The notes beneath the pieces are model-generated. The model had not been told where the DNA came from. It did not search any database and saw only the letters and a program-made list of their open reading frames with translations. Positions 37,900 to 49,560 of a DNA stretch of 64,000 nucleotides are shown one piece after another (position 1 is the stretch's first letter; each line of letters begins with the position of its first letter). This DNA comes from Lama glama. Its lineage: Eukaryota. Location: NCBI GenBank assembly GCA_028534125.1, contig CM052818.1, positions 46,006,001 to 46,070,000 on the forward strand, given 5' to 3'. The position numbers were made by a program, and so were the translations under genes.

Positions 37900-39070
37900 A
37901 ATACTTAATGTGGCTTTGTGAAAGTTACCATCAAGAGAATGAGAAAACAAGTTAGACTAGGAGAAAATATTTGCAAAAGACGTATCTGATAAAGGATTGT
38001 TAATCAAAATATACAAAGAATTCATCAAACTCAACAGTAAGAAAAAGAACAACCTAATTAAAAAATAAGCAAAAGATCTGAGCAGACACCTCACCAAAGA
38101 TGTCCAGACGGCAAACATTAACATATGAAAAGATGCCAACATCGTCCATCACTAGGGAATTGCAAAGTAAAGCAAGGAAGAGGTACCATCACATACCTGT
38201 TAGAATGGCTAAAATCGAACACCCTGACAACACGGAATGTTGGCAAGGATGTGAAACTTCAACAACTCTCATTCACTGATGGTGGGAATGGAAAATGGTG
38301 CAGCCGCTTTGGAAGACAGTTTGATGGTTTCCAACAAAACTAAACATACTTCTACCACATGATCCAGCAGTCATACTCCTTGGTATTTACTCAAATGAGT
38401 TGAAAACTTATGTCCACACAAAAACCTGCACACAGATGTTTATAGCAGTTTTATTCATAACCGCCAAAACTTGGAAGCAAACCAAGATGTCCTTCAGTAG
38501 GTGAATGGATAAATCAACTGTGGCACATCCAGACAATGGAATATTATTCAGCACTAAAAAGAAATGAGCTATCAAGCCATGAAAAGACATGGAGGAAACC
38601 TAAGTACATATTCCTAAGCAAAAGAAGCCAATCTGAAAAGGCTACACACTGCATGATTCTAACTCTATAACACCCTGGGAAAGGCAAGGTTATGGCGACA
38701 GTAAAACAAAAAATCAGTAGTTTCCAGGGGTTGGGGGAAGGAAGAGATGGATAAGCAGTGCACAGAGGGTTTTTAAGGCAGTGAAAATATTCTGTATGAT
38801 ACACAATGGCAGATACATGCCATTATATACTTGTCAAAACCCATAAAACGTACAACACTAAAAGTGAACCCTGCTATAAACCATGAACTTTGGGTAATTA
38901 TGATGAGTCAGTGTAAACTCATCAATCATAATGAATGTACCCTCTGGTGGAGGATGTTGATAATGAGGGAGGCTGTGCAAGGGGTTGGGGTGGAGGCAGG
39001 GGTATTTGGGAAATCTCTATACTTTCCTCCCAATTGTGCTGTGAACTTAAAACTACTCTAAAAAAATAGA
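37900..39070 (+). mobile_element. L1MC1-like 3' portion (end of ORF2 + 3' UTR)
   Basis: gactaggagaaaatatttgcaaa...tccacacaaaaacctgcacacagatgtttatagcag...aattgtgctgtgaacttaaaactactctaaaaaa. Confidence 0.85.
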
Positions 39071-40249
39071 GTGTATATATATATATATATATTACTTAAT
39101 GTGGGATATATCATAAGGTGGAGCTACAACATTCTTAAAATAAAAGTGAAGCCCAGGAGATGGACTCTGGGTAGTGTCATTTTTCATTTCCTCTTTACTG
39201 GATCCACACATTGTCAAACTTCTGTTACTGCAATGATCACACTGTTTACCCACTTGAGGTATGTTCACAGCATTAGCAGGATGTGAAATGATTTTAGGTG
39301 ATACACGGATGAACTTTTTTTATTCTAACATTTTTATGTTTCTCAGAATAAATATAGTTAGCATGAAGAGTATTGACAGAAAGTTTTCTTTTAAAATAGA
39401 AAAGTATTAAGTGATAAATAGAATTCAGTGACACTGAGATGGCCTGACACACAAATATGGGGGGAAAAAAATCCCAACCAAGGAAAACACAGATCATACG
39501 AGAGTGGATGGGGTTTTGTGACCTTGCCGAGCAGTCCTGATCTGGTCACACATCAGGGCACTTGGCGGCCGGCCCCAGCCCTATCTCTGCCACCCTTAAC
39601 GAAGGCCCTCTTGTATGTAGCAGGCCAGGGTACAACATGCTGGTGTCCTTCACTTAAAAAAAAAAAAAGCACATTTTAGGAAAGTTACACTTAAATTGAT
39701 TGAAATTCTGCAAAGTAAACATTTGTAGTGACGTTTGCTACTTGCTGGACTGCCACAATGGCATTTAGCCCCTTAAGAAAAAAAAAAAGTGACAAGGCCT
39801 GTGAGAAATCCATCAGCTACTTTGTGTCACGGCCAGAGAATAACTAATGGCCTTGTCCCCATGGCGATGGCTGCCCAGAAGGGTATTACGAAGGATTAAA
39901 GAGTATCAAGGGAGTGATTCTAATTCAAGACTCAGAGTGCCTTAAATCAGTCATGGTGAGAAAATGAAAACTTATATCTCTATGTGCTGACAAGGAGGCT
40001 CTGAGAGACGTTCTCAGAAAGAGAAATCTGAAGTCTGGGAGTGGAAGTTGAATTGGGAACCAGAGAGGACCTGCCTGGGAGCCGGGGTGAGGCTGGGGGG
40101 CTGCCTGTGGGAGGGGGTGTTATGCAAAGCTGGGTGCAGCTGAAGCCAAGAAGTCCAGGCAGCTTAGGCAGATGAGGCTCAGAAGCAGAAGTAGGGGCTC
40201 AAAATATATTTCATTCATTCATTCATCCATTCATTCATTCATGAGTTTC

Positions 40250-41648
40250 ACGGTTCCTTCTGTAAAATAAGAGCATTCAAGAGTCTTTGGAGCCAACCAA
40301 AGAGTCTATGAAATGTTCTGTTGGTGTTTGCTCAACTATATAAAACTGTTTACTTTGTAAGTAAACATCTCCTTTTGTATTCATGAGTAAACAAAACCTT
40401 TGAGAGTTGAAGCCAGCAGGGCATAAGAGTGCCAATTTGCTGATTATAGTATCAAATCTACACATTCTAAACCAAGAACCACCTCCAGGCAACTGTCCAG
40501 CCCTTGGGCTCAAGTCTTCACAAGTTGGAGGTGGCCGGGCCCACTGGGACCTCACCATCTGCACTCAGGCCTCAGGTTCTGCCAATGACCCCCAAGAAGG
40601 ACCTGCCAGTCGGCAAACTGAATGCTCTGACGTGGGCTGGCACCAACCCAAGGAGAGCAAATGCGTGCCAGTCTTGAGCTAGGCCAGGGCATGGCCTGTC
40701 TTAACAGACTTTATCTTCCCAGGCTCCCCTCCAGAAAAGGAAACAGCAGCCTATATCTTTGCCAGGACAATTTCTACAGAGGTTCTTGCACTTTGGACTT
40801 TGTATAGAGATCCGAGTTCAGCTGCAGAAATGAATACAAACATCATTGCAGATGTAATCTTACATATAAACACACATGTAAAATAAAAATATCACTCCAG
40901 AGGGAGTCTGGAGTTATCGGCCAATTTAAGCCCCAAAATATCGCTTAAATCCCCAACAGGGAGCATCTGGAGTCATCTTCCCTGGTTCCGACCCAGATTT
41001 GCTTTTCTCATCACTCTCTTTGTGCTTGATCCATCCCAGCGCCACAAAGTCCATGCTGTTAGAATATTCGATGGTGTTGGCAGCGTTAACTGAAGAGAGG
41101 TCTCCTTCTTTCTGTCTGCCAAGTTCTGTCTCCAAGGCACAGACTTGACCCACTGTCCTCCTGTCCTGGATATTTCCATTTCTGTTTGTGACTGGGGATC
41201 CACGTGAGGCTGAGGTGCTGATGGGGTCTGACTCCAGGCACTCTCTTCTAACGGGAACAATTTTGAAAACCTTCCCCTATAAACGTCTGTCACAGCCGCA
41301 GGGGTCGGGAGACATGTCATTGACCTCCTTGTCACTAAGCAGGGAAATGATTCATTCCAGAGCTGAATGGAAGCCCCCTCTCATCCGTGACTTCGTCTTG
41401 TGTTCCGTTATCAAAAGATTCCTCAGTTGGAACTGTCGGGGTTAAACATTGCTCCATTCTCCTAGGGTTTCACACCCAGATCACCTGGGATATCCTCTCT
41501 GCAGTGATCCCTGTGGTCCCAGCAAGATGCTGAAGACCCTGATTCAAATCTCTCTGTGGAAGTCTCCTCCAGACACCCAAACTCCACAGTGACATGTTTG
41601 GAGTCTTTTTCACTCAGATGAGCATCTTATCCAAATGAAAAACAATTT
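40250..41648 (-). pseudogene. Large (~1.4 kb) decayed exon: Ser/Glu/Asp-rich linker ending in an RGS-like EHFIDSLVGSKDS*MLLFY motif
   Basis: Acceptor ttgacctctttaag|. No recognisable repeats; protein-like runs (DAHLSEKDSKHVTVEFGCLEETSTERFESGSS; ETELGRQKEGDLSSVNAANTIEYSNSMDF) are broken by stops (e.g. TAA 41629-41627) and frameshifts. 3' boundary approximate. Confidence 0.55.
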
Positions 41649-42230
41649 CTTAAAGAGGTCAATTAATTGAACAGATCAGACCATGTTTAAATAGGATTGA
41701 ATAATAAATTAGTTTTTAAATCCACTCATCAGTGGGTGGAGAGTGGAAGGTGGAGGGACTTAAGGAGGAAGACCATATTAATCCTGGAACATGTAAGCAA
41801 TGGAAGTAACCTCTGTCTGTGGGGTAACTCACAGTGTTGATGGAAGAGCTAAAGAACCATGCTTCTGAGAGGACAGGCTCATCAAATCCCCCATGCTTCA
41901 GTCTTTTCCAGTCTTTTGGTAGCCCCGCTCAAATCCAAACACCAGGGAAGGGGCTTCTAAGTGATTTGGCTTGGGAGGGAAGGGGCCCATTGATTGACAG
42001 TTCCACCAGAGGAACCAAGAGACTGTCCCAGGAGAGGGATGGAGGCTGAGCAAGGGAAAAGCAGCTTTACTTTACATCCCATCAAACAGTGTCTGCCTTC
42101 ATGGAGCTGGACCCAATGAGGAAGCCAGACCTGCAGATGTCAAATCACACTGGAGTGTGAAAAGTGAAACTAACACACAGTGCCCGGAGCTTCACGAAGG
42201 AGGAGCCGTCAGAAGTGTGCTCGGTGGTAC

Positions 42231-42314
42231 CTCAATAAAAAAGCCTTCGAAAGGGAAAGTCGCTGAGCACCCACTGTGGATCTGACCACCTTGGGTAGCT
42301 TCCCTGGGTTCTGT
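42231..42314 (-). pseudogene. Candidate exon (84 nt; phase 2-2 reading QNPGKLPKVVRSTVGAQRLSLSKAFLLR)
   Basis: Acceptor cttctgcctcacccag|; donor GAG|GTACCA; phase-compatible with both neighbours. Confidence 0.45.
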
Positions 42315-42576
42315 CTGGGTGAGGCAGAAGGTCAAGCTCCGGGGAAGGGGGTGTGTGTGACAGGGTGTGGACCTCACACTCACCATCCCCGAGACAGCCC
42401 CATGGAGGAACTGAGGTCAGATCTGCAGTTCTCACCTCAAAGTCTGAGATCAGAAGTAAACGGTTTCCTGGTTTCCTTTCCCTCCAGAAGCAGTTTTTTT
42501 TTTAATTTATTTTTGCAAGAGAGGTGGCTCAAAACTTGATAATTGATTTTGCTTTGTATTAAAAGTTTAAGTTTCT

Positions 42577-42823
42577 AACAAGACTCACAGACACAGAAAA
42601 CAAATATACTACTAACGACTATAAATACTAACTACTATATATAAAATAGATAAACAGCCAGAACTACTGCAGAGCACAGGGAACTCTATTCAATATCTTG
42701 TAATAGCCTATAATGAAAGAATATGAAAAAAACATACATATGTATAACTGAATCACTGTGCTGTACACCAGAAACTAACACAACACTGTAAATAAACTAT
42801 ACTTGAATAAAAATAAAAAATAA
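42577..42823 (+). mobile_element. 5'-truncated L1 3' end with 17-bp TSD
   Basis: TAAAAGTTTAAGTTTCT at 42560-42576 and 42824-42840; A-rich tail. Confidence 0.85.
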
Positions 42824-43058
42824 TAAAAGTTTAAGTTTCTCAAAAATATTTAGAACTTTGGAGTGAACCACCCCACCACCCCCCGCCCCACCTCTGCTTT
42901 GCAGACCACGGAGGAGGCAGCCGACTGTATCAGCGAAGTCCCGTGGCAATAAGCCTTGTGAAACACATGAGGAAAGTAGGGCAGAGGAGAGGAGGAAAGA
43001 AAGTGGAAGGATCAGATAAGGAAGGAGGGGGGGCAGATGACTTTCCACCAACACTTAC

Positions 43059-43223
43059 AAGGCGTTCCTACCGGACCTGCCGCTGCGCTTTCCCCTCCAG
43101 CCCGGCCTTAGGCTGGGCTGTCCTCGGCCCACCCCCGAGCCGGCACCGCTCGCTGCTGTTGGGAAGGCTGGCTCTGGATGGAATCTCTCAGCATCTCCAC
43201 TCAAGCTCCCAGAGAACTGGACC
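43059..43223 (-). pseudogene. Candidate exon (165 nt, phase 2-2, VQFSGSLSGDAERFHPEPAF...RNAL)
   Basis: Acceptor ctgctctgcctgcag|; donor CTT|GTAAGT; CpG-rich; length a multiple of 3. Confidence 0.5.
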
Positions 43224-44899
43224 CTGCAGGCAGAGCAGTGCACGGTGAAGGTGACAGCAAGGAGAGCCGGTGCGGCTCGGCCCAGCGCCCCAGGGCTTGG
43301 AGCTGGGCCCAGGGAGGGAGGCCCTGGAAGTTCCTGGCCCAGTATAGTTGGTGGCTGCTCTGGTTCCAGTTTGGAGCACATTACACAGCCCCTCGCCCCG
43401 CCCCCGAACTTCCACTCCTCACACTAGGACCAGGGAAAAGAGACACAGGAAGATGGTGGAGGACCGGATGGATGGACAGACATCTTAAATAACAAAGCAC
43501 TTTTGTTTTCATTATATTGTCCAGTCTCATTGGAACTTCTGTTTTCCCCTTTCACTTTCTGTACAAACCAAGGCTCAGAGAGGCTTCCTCAAGGTCAATC
43601 CCAGTATGACCCGGGGAGCACCCTACTACACTTAAATGGTCACATGTATAGACCATATGCTCTAAGGGTCAAAGCCCAGTCTACATCTTGCATAATCCTC
43701 TCCCCAGCCCGCTGAGACAGAGGCTACTGTCCTTACTGTATGGAGCTAGATCCTGAGGACCAGAGAATTAGGTAAGTGACCCAAGGTCACACAGCTAGTG
43801 ACAAGCCCAGGATTCCAAGCCTGGCTGGTTGGGCTACACCACCAATGCTGTGTCTTCTCAATTCACGTGGGAATTTTCCTCCTGTACAGACAGAGCACCC
43901 CATTTAGAGAACAAGTAATCTGTATGAAAAGTCTGTTCTGTTCTTGTGTTAACTCATTAGTCTGTAGAACTCTGGAAAACAAAACGTTTCACAGACACCC
44001 AATACAAGCAAGGAAAACATCTCCCATTGTCTTTTCAGTGACATGCTCTTAAAAGGATAGCTGATGTGCCAACAAAGATTGGCCCCAAGCACAGAATCGA
44101 TATGAAAAAGCAAATGCTTAAAAAAAAGAAAGCAGTATAAGCAGAATACAAAATTGTATGTTCACTGTCATTACCAGTGAGTATGAAATATGCTGCATAT
44201 AAGACAAAGGCTGGAAGGGAAATGCGAACACTAAACCCATCCTGTGGCCAAGGGGCGGTTTATTTTTCTTTCTTAAGCATATGTTTAATGTTTTTGTTTT
44301 ATCATATGTACACTAGCAAAAGACTTTGCTATCATGCAAAGAAATTCATAATGGGAAATACAGAAGATCTTCAAGCAATAGTATCACCCAAGATGCAGCT
44401 GCTGGAATCCCTGGGGGTATTGCTGCTTGGTTGACCACAGATGACCTTGACCAGTCCTAGTAATGGTCACCATAGAGATAGACAGGAAGAGAGAGGGGAG
44501 GGGGACGCCGTTTCACCGGCAGCTTTGCTGATTGCTTCTTACTGTAACATTTTCAGTGCAGACTGTTCCCTACATTCCAATTTTTGTTGGGCCTCCTCTT
44601 GAGGGCAGAATCAATTAATTCAGCAGAGTTCACTGAGCACCTACTAAGTGCTAGGCCCTGGAAGTACAAAGTAAAGGACAAGGATTCTGCCCTGTGAGAG
44701 CTCACAGCCAGCTCAATTCTTGGCAGTTTTTGGAGCCTGTGAAGGCTAAAGCCACGTGATCTTCATACACACCTCCTCCCATGGCCTCCTCCTCTCGCCC
44801 CTAAAAAGGAAAGGCCTCCAAGATTAGAGGCCCTTGCTCTGCATCTTGTCCATTGGGCCCAGCACCCAGACAATGCCAAGCACATGGCAAGCACTGGAG

Positions 44900-44900
<1 letters not shown>

Positions 44901-44936
<36 letters not shown>
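44901..44936. repeat. (TA)n microsatellite
   Basis: Visible in sequence. Confidence 0.95.
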
Positions 44937-44939
<3 letters not shown>

Positions 44940-45228
44940 CAAGTTTCACCCCTATGTCAAAGCTAACACCTACTGACTGGCTGCATGACCTTGGGCAAGT
45001 CTCCTGGAACTTGCTGCGCATCCATCTCATTACAGCTAGACGATGAGGTCTCTGGGGGCAAGCTGGGGTCTTATCCTTGGATTGCTAAGGCTGGAGCGAT
45101 GAATTGCTGTTCCGGGGACTCAACTGAGGCTGGCTGAGTTGACTCAACTTGACTCATCCTTGGAGCAGGCTCAGCCCCTTGGTGGGCTTCTGTGACACTG
45201 CCCCACCGCTCAGCCCCTTCCAGGTTAC

Positions 45229-45323
45229 CCGAGGACTGTTCAAAGGAGGCAGTGTAGGGGTCTCGCCATGAATCCAGATTGCTCTGTTCCTGTGTCTCAG
45301 AGCTTGCCTCCCTGGAGGCGGGA
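45229..45323 (-). pseudogene. Candidate exon PASREASSETQEQSNLDSWRDPYTASFEQSS
   Basis: Strong acceptor ctctctttgttctctag|; donor CGG|GTAACC; open frame. Confidence 0.45.
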
Positions 45324-46094
45324 CTAGAGAACAAAGAGAGGGCTGGCTCAGGGGCCCCAGGGTCAGCTGTCCTCCCAGGACAGGGTCAGGACAGCTGGCT
45401 ATCAGGAAGCCACCTTCAGAGGGAGATGTTGATGATCGACTCTGGTCTGTCTCTCTGTCTCTTAGAAGACAAACAGAAGATTGCAGCCCCAGACTACTTC
45501 AAAATTTAAAAATAACAACGCCCAGAAGCTCCTGAGTCGTCTCCAAATCTCGCTGAGTAATTCTCCAGGCTTTTTTTCTTCCCCACTAGATGCAGAGAAC
45601 TATTAGGAAATAAGGCGTGTGTATCTTATTCTTATCCCTGGACTGTATCACTGGCTTCTGGTGAAAAGGGACTGTTTTACTTACTACATTCCTGGCAAAG
45701 GACCTAGTACTGGCCAGAGCACTAGTGCTCAGTGTTGGCTGATTGTGCTGTACATCCACAATGAACTGCACTGTGCAGAACGGAAGAGTACACGGATGGG
45801 TGGGTGAATGGATGGATGATGGATGGGTAAGTGGGTGGACAGTAAGGCGCAGTGTCAGAAAACAGGTGCACAAATTGGGAAACTGAAGGAGAGTTTAATT
45901 AAGAACTATTTACAAAGTGGTGGGCAAGGGTTTAGGGCAATCAATGAGAGATGGATGCAGTTCCAGGGCAAAGGGGAAAAACGATTACCAGAACCTAGAG
46001 AGAGTAGCTGACAGGAGAGAAAGATGAGCTTCCAGTAGAGGGAAGGAGCCAAACCAGGGAGCAGGCGGGAGACTTTGATTTCAACTCCTCCTGA

Positions 46095-46537
46095 TATGTT
46101 CTGGGTCGAATTACGTCCCTCCAAAAAATATGCTGAAACCTGACCCCCAGTACCTCAGAATGTGACCTTATTTGGAAATAAGTGCATTGTAGATGTAATT
46201 AATTAAAATGAGGTCATATTGAAGTAGGACGGGTCCTTAATCCACTAGGACTGGTGTCATAAGAGAGGAGAATGTCATGTGAAGACAAAGATGCACAGAG
46301 AAGATGGCCATGTGACAACAGAGGCAGAGAGTGGAATGATGCATCTACAACCCAAGGAACATCTAGCGGCAGAAGAAGAAGGAGAAGAAAGGAGAAAGAA
46401 GAAAAAAGGAAGGGGAGGAGGAGAAGGAGGAGAAGAAAGAAGAAAGTAGGAGTAAGAAGAAAGAAGAAAGAAGGAGTAAGAAGAAAGAAGGAAGAAGGAG
46501 AAAGAAGAAGGAAGAAGGAAGGGAGGGGGAGAAGAAG
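46095..46537 (+). mobile_element. MLT1B/C-like LTR 5' part ending in a GAA/GGA purine tract (46370-46537)
   Basis: ccccagtacctcagaatgtgaccttatttggaaata...aaaatgaggtcata MLT1 motif. Confidence 0.75.
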
Positions 46538-46950
46538 CGGCCTGGAGAATTACTCAGCAGCAGCCTGGGAGGCCAGTTTATTTTAGAGATGAGGAAGTTC
46601 AAATTTGGAAGGAACAACTATCTAAGTCCTGCAGGCAGTAGTTGACAGAGCCAGAGCTAGAAACTCCTGTTGGCACTGTCTACATCCCATTGATCCCCAG
46701 CATGGCACCTGGGGCCCAGGCCAAGTGTGGGAAGATGGAACGTTCTCGCCCATGCCATGCTGCCGGCATGCTAGGTACAGGGTAAGGCCTGGCACCAAGA
46801 GGCTGCCCTCTGTCACGTGCACTTGGCCTCCTAGACGTCTGGTGTCCCCATGAGTGTGATGGGTAGGGAGAAGGGCCTTCCATAAAGGCCTCTCCAGTGC
46901 GGTGCAGGCCTCCAGCCCAGGCCTCGCTGGGGCAGGGGGAACAGCCCTCC

Positions 46951-47069
46951 CAACAGCCTCTCCAGTCGCTGTTGGACCAGGCAGGGGAGGAAATCCGGTG
47001 AGTATTTTACACTCACAGCCCATCTCAGTTCAAACCAGCCACGTCTCTGTCCCTCCAGCTCTCTTTCTC
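46951..47069 (-). pseudogene. Candidate exon remnant ERELEGQRRGWFELRWAVSVKYSPDFLPCLVQQRLERLL
   Basis: Acceptor tttacttaaag|G. The W..PxFL..RLxxL spacing resembles RGS22 WIKKERLPAFLESDCYFEYRLAKL (from recall). An internal GCT|GTGAGT donor is also present. Confidence 0.4.
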
Positions 47070-47599
47070 CTTTAAGTAAACACTTGTGGACAAACTACCA
47101 TGCGGTCCAGTTACTCAGCTAGGAATTTGGGACACAGAAATAAACATCACGGGCCCTGCCTTTGGGGAGTTCACAGGAAGGGAACCACGATTGCAATAGA
47201 GGGCAGGAAACGCGAAGCGGAGTTCTGCCTGGGTACCAGTGTGCAGGGAGGGGGTGATATCAGGGCAGCTCTGCCCTGCCCTTGGCCCTCCAGTGAGGGA
47301 GTGCAGGGCTCAGAGCCTACCTGCACTACTGGAGCTGCCTCAGTAGTGCCTCCTGGGGTATTTCTCTTCTTGAACCTACAAAGGCACCATGTGGGTGAGG
47401 GGTGGCCCTGGGCTCAGGGTAGTTTAGAAGAGGGTGGAGGCAAGTTTGAAAGAGAAGAACATTGGTCTTAGAGGATGGGTAGATCCTGGGCAGCAACAGA
47501 GGAAGCAGGACATCCCGAGTGGAGGGAGGAGCATGCACACAGCCAGGGGAGAAGGGAGAGGTGCGGGCTGGGACCAGAAGGATGGCCAGAAGTAAGAGT

Positions 47600-48097
47600 G
47601 GAGGAGGGAGGGCATAGCTCAAGTGGTAGAGTGGTAGAGTGCATGCTTAGCATGCACGAGGTCCTGGGTTCAGTCCCCAGTACTTCCTCTAAAATAAACC
47701 TAATTACCTCCTCCACACACACACCAGAAAAAAAAGAAAAAAAACCCAAATAGAATAAAATGCTGGCTTAAAAAAATTAATTAAAAAGAATTTTAAAAAA
47801 AGAAGTGAGTCCTGTATACAAGACAGAAATAGACTCACAGACAGAGAATACAGACTTGTGGTTACCAGGGGGGTGGAGGGTGGGAAGGGATAGACTGTGA
47901 TTTCAAAATTGTAGAATAGATAAACAAGATTACACTGTATAGCACAGGGAAATATACACAAAATGTTATGATAACTCACAGAGAAAAAATGTGACAATGA
48001 GTGTGTATATGTCCATGAATGAGTGAAAAATTGTGCTGAACACTGGAATTTGACACAACATTGTAAAATGATTATAAATCAATAAAAAATGTTAAAA
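47600..48097 (+). mobile_element. Vic-1-like SINE (47600-47790) followed by a 5'-truncated L1 (47810-48097) with 15-bp TSD
   Basis: gagggcatagctcaagtggtagagt..gcatgcttagcatgcacgaggtcctgggttcagtcccc; TSD AAAAAAAGAAGTGAG at 47795-47809 and 48098-48112. Confidence 0.85.
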
Positions 48098-48993
48098 AAA
48101 AAAAGAAGTGAGGATAGAAGTAGACAAGGACCAGAACAAGGTGGGGGAGGGGCTTGATGCTACACCTAGGGTCTTGGGTTTATCCTGGTGTGATGGAGAG
48201 CTGGCTGAGAGGTTTAGATGAGAGAGTATCATTCTCTCTTCTCTCCATCTCTCTCTCTAGTCATTTCTGCCACAGCCTCTCAGTTCTCTGCAGGCAGAGC
48301 CATGGCTTCTCACAGACAATATTCAAGCGCCATTGTGTAGTCCTTAGCCTCCCACTATCACATCTCCCACAGCAGCAGCTGATTTCACTCTCCTAAGGCA
48401 AAGCTCACTGTTTCCACTGTTGTGAACCCATCATGCAACTCTGTAGTGCACTGGAGCCAAGTTCCATTGCCCAGGAGTAATATCCAAAATAATTAACCAC
48501 CCAGCATGGCAGGGTCCATGAGCTGGGTCCAGGGTCTACCGAGCTGGATTCCTTACCCCTACTCCCAGGGCTGGGCCAGGGGATGGCTAGAAAGGGATGT
48601 GAGGAATCTGTAGGGTCCCAGGGAAGAGCTGGAGCAACAGGGGGGCATTTGGGAGGCTTGGAGGTCACAGCTATGCACTCCTGGGAGGAGACATGTTTCA
48701 ATATGTCAACAACCCACACCATTGCCGTGGGGCACACAGTCTGCCATTGGTCCCACATGACTTGCTGTGACCTCCTGTGACCTCATGATTCAAAGGTGGA
48801 GAGCTGGAATAGATGCTCACTAAAGCTCCTTCCAGCAAAAGACAGTGAGGGCCCTGGTCTGAGGGAAACAGAGTTCAAGTTAGACTCAGCAAAGCAGAGC
48901 TGGAAGGAACTTTTGTTTGTCAGAAATATTCTTCCTTGCTAACCAATAGAATAGCTCTTTGTTTTCAAAATTCTGGCCAGTGATGAAACTCAC

Positions 48994-49097
48994 CTTAAAA
49001 GAACCCTGGAGGGTGTAATGGTTTTCCTGCCTGAACTTTTCCATGAAAGCTGTCAGGAGCCTAGAATCTTGCACCAGGAACGGCAGACAAATACTGG
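48994..49097 (-). pseudogene. Candidate exon SICLPFLVQDSRLLTAFMEKFRQENHYTLQGSFK (RGS22/RGSL1 N-terminal-like)
   Basis: Branch-like CTAAC, pyrimidine tract and ACAG acceptor; consensus donor AAG|GTGAGT; 104 nt, open frame. Confidence 0.65.
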
Positions 49098-49334
49098 CTG
49101 TCATCAGAAACCAGGAAGACGGTTAGAAAGTGAAGGTGTGCGTGAAAAGGGCTTCTGGTGGTGTTGATTCCTTTAATGCTTTCTCAACCACACCCCCATC
49201 CATCAGTCAGCTACCTTGGAATCAAGGACACCAATGGACACATATGGGGTCTCACCTGCTTAAATCAAGGAATCATATGTGGCTGTGATTAAGTGAAGGA
49301 GTTTCTGAATTTAATTGTCTGGAATGAATAATTT

Positions 49335-49560
49335 CTAAATTGTATTTTTATTGAAGTGTAGTTGATTTACAATGTTAGTTTCAGGTGTATAACAAAGCAA
49401 TTCAGTTATACACATACATACATATATATGTGTGTATATTTTCAGATTCTTTTCCACTATAGCCTATTACAAGAAATTGAATATAGTTCCCTGTGCTCTA
49501 TGGTAGGTCCTTGTTGTTTATCTCTTTTATACATAGTAGTGTATATCTGCTAATCCTAAA
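49335..49560 (-). mobile_element. Truncated L1 3' end with 15-bp TSD
   Basis: TGGAATGAATAATTT at 49320-49334 and 49561-49575. Confidence 0.85.

Noticed and set aside
47605..47685. tRNA-like sequences (A/B boxes) here and at the other SINE copies
   Set aside because: Followed by SINE body, A-rich tails and TSDs; they are SINEs, not tRNA genes.
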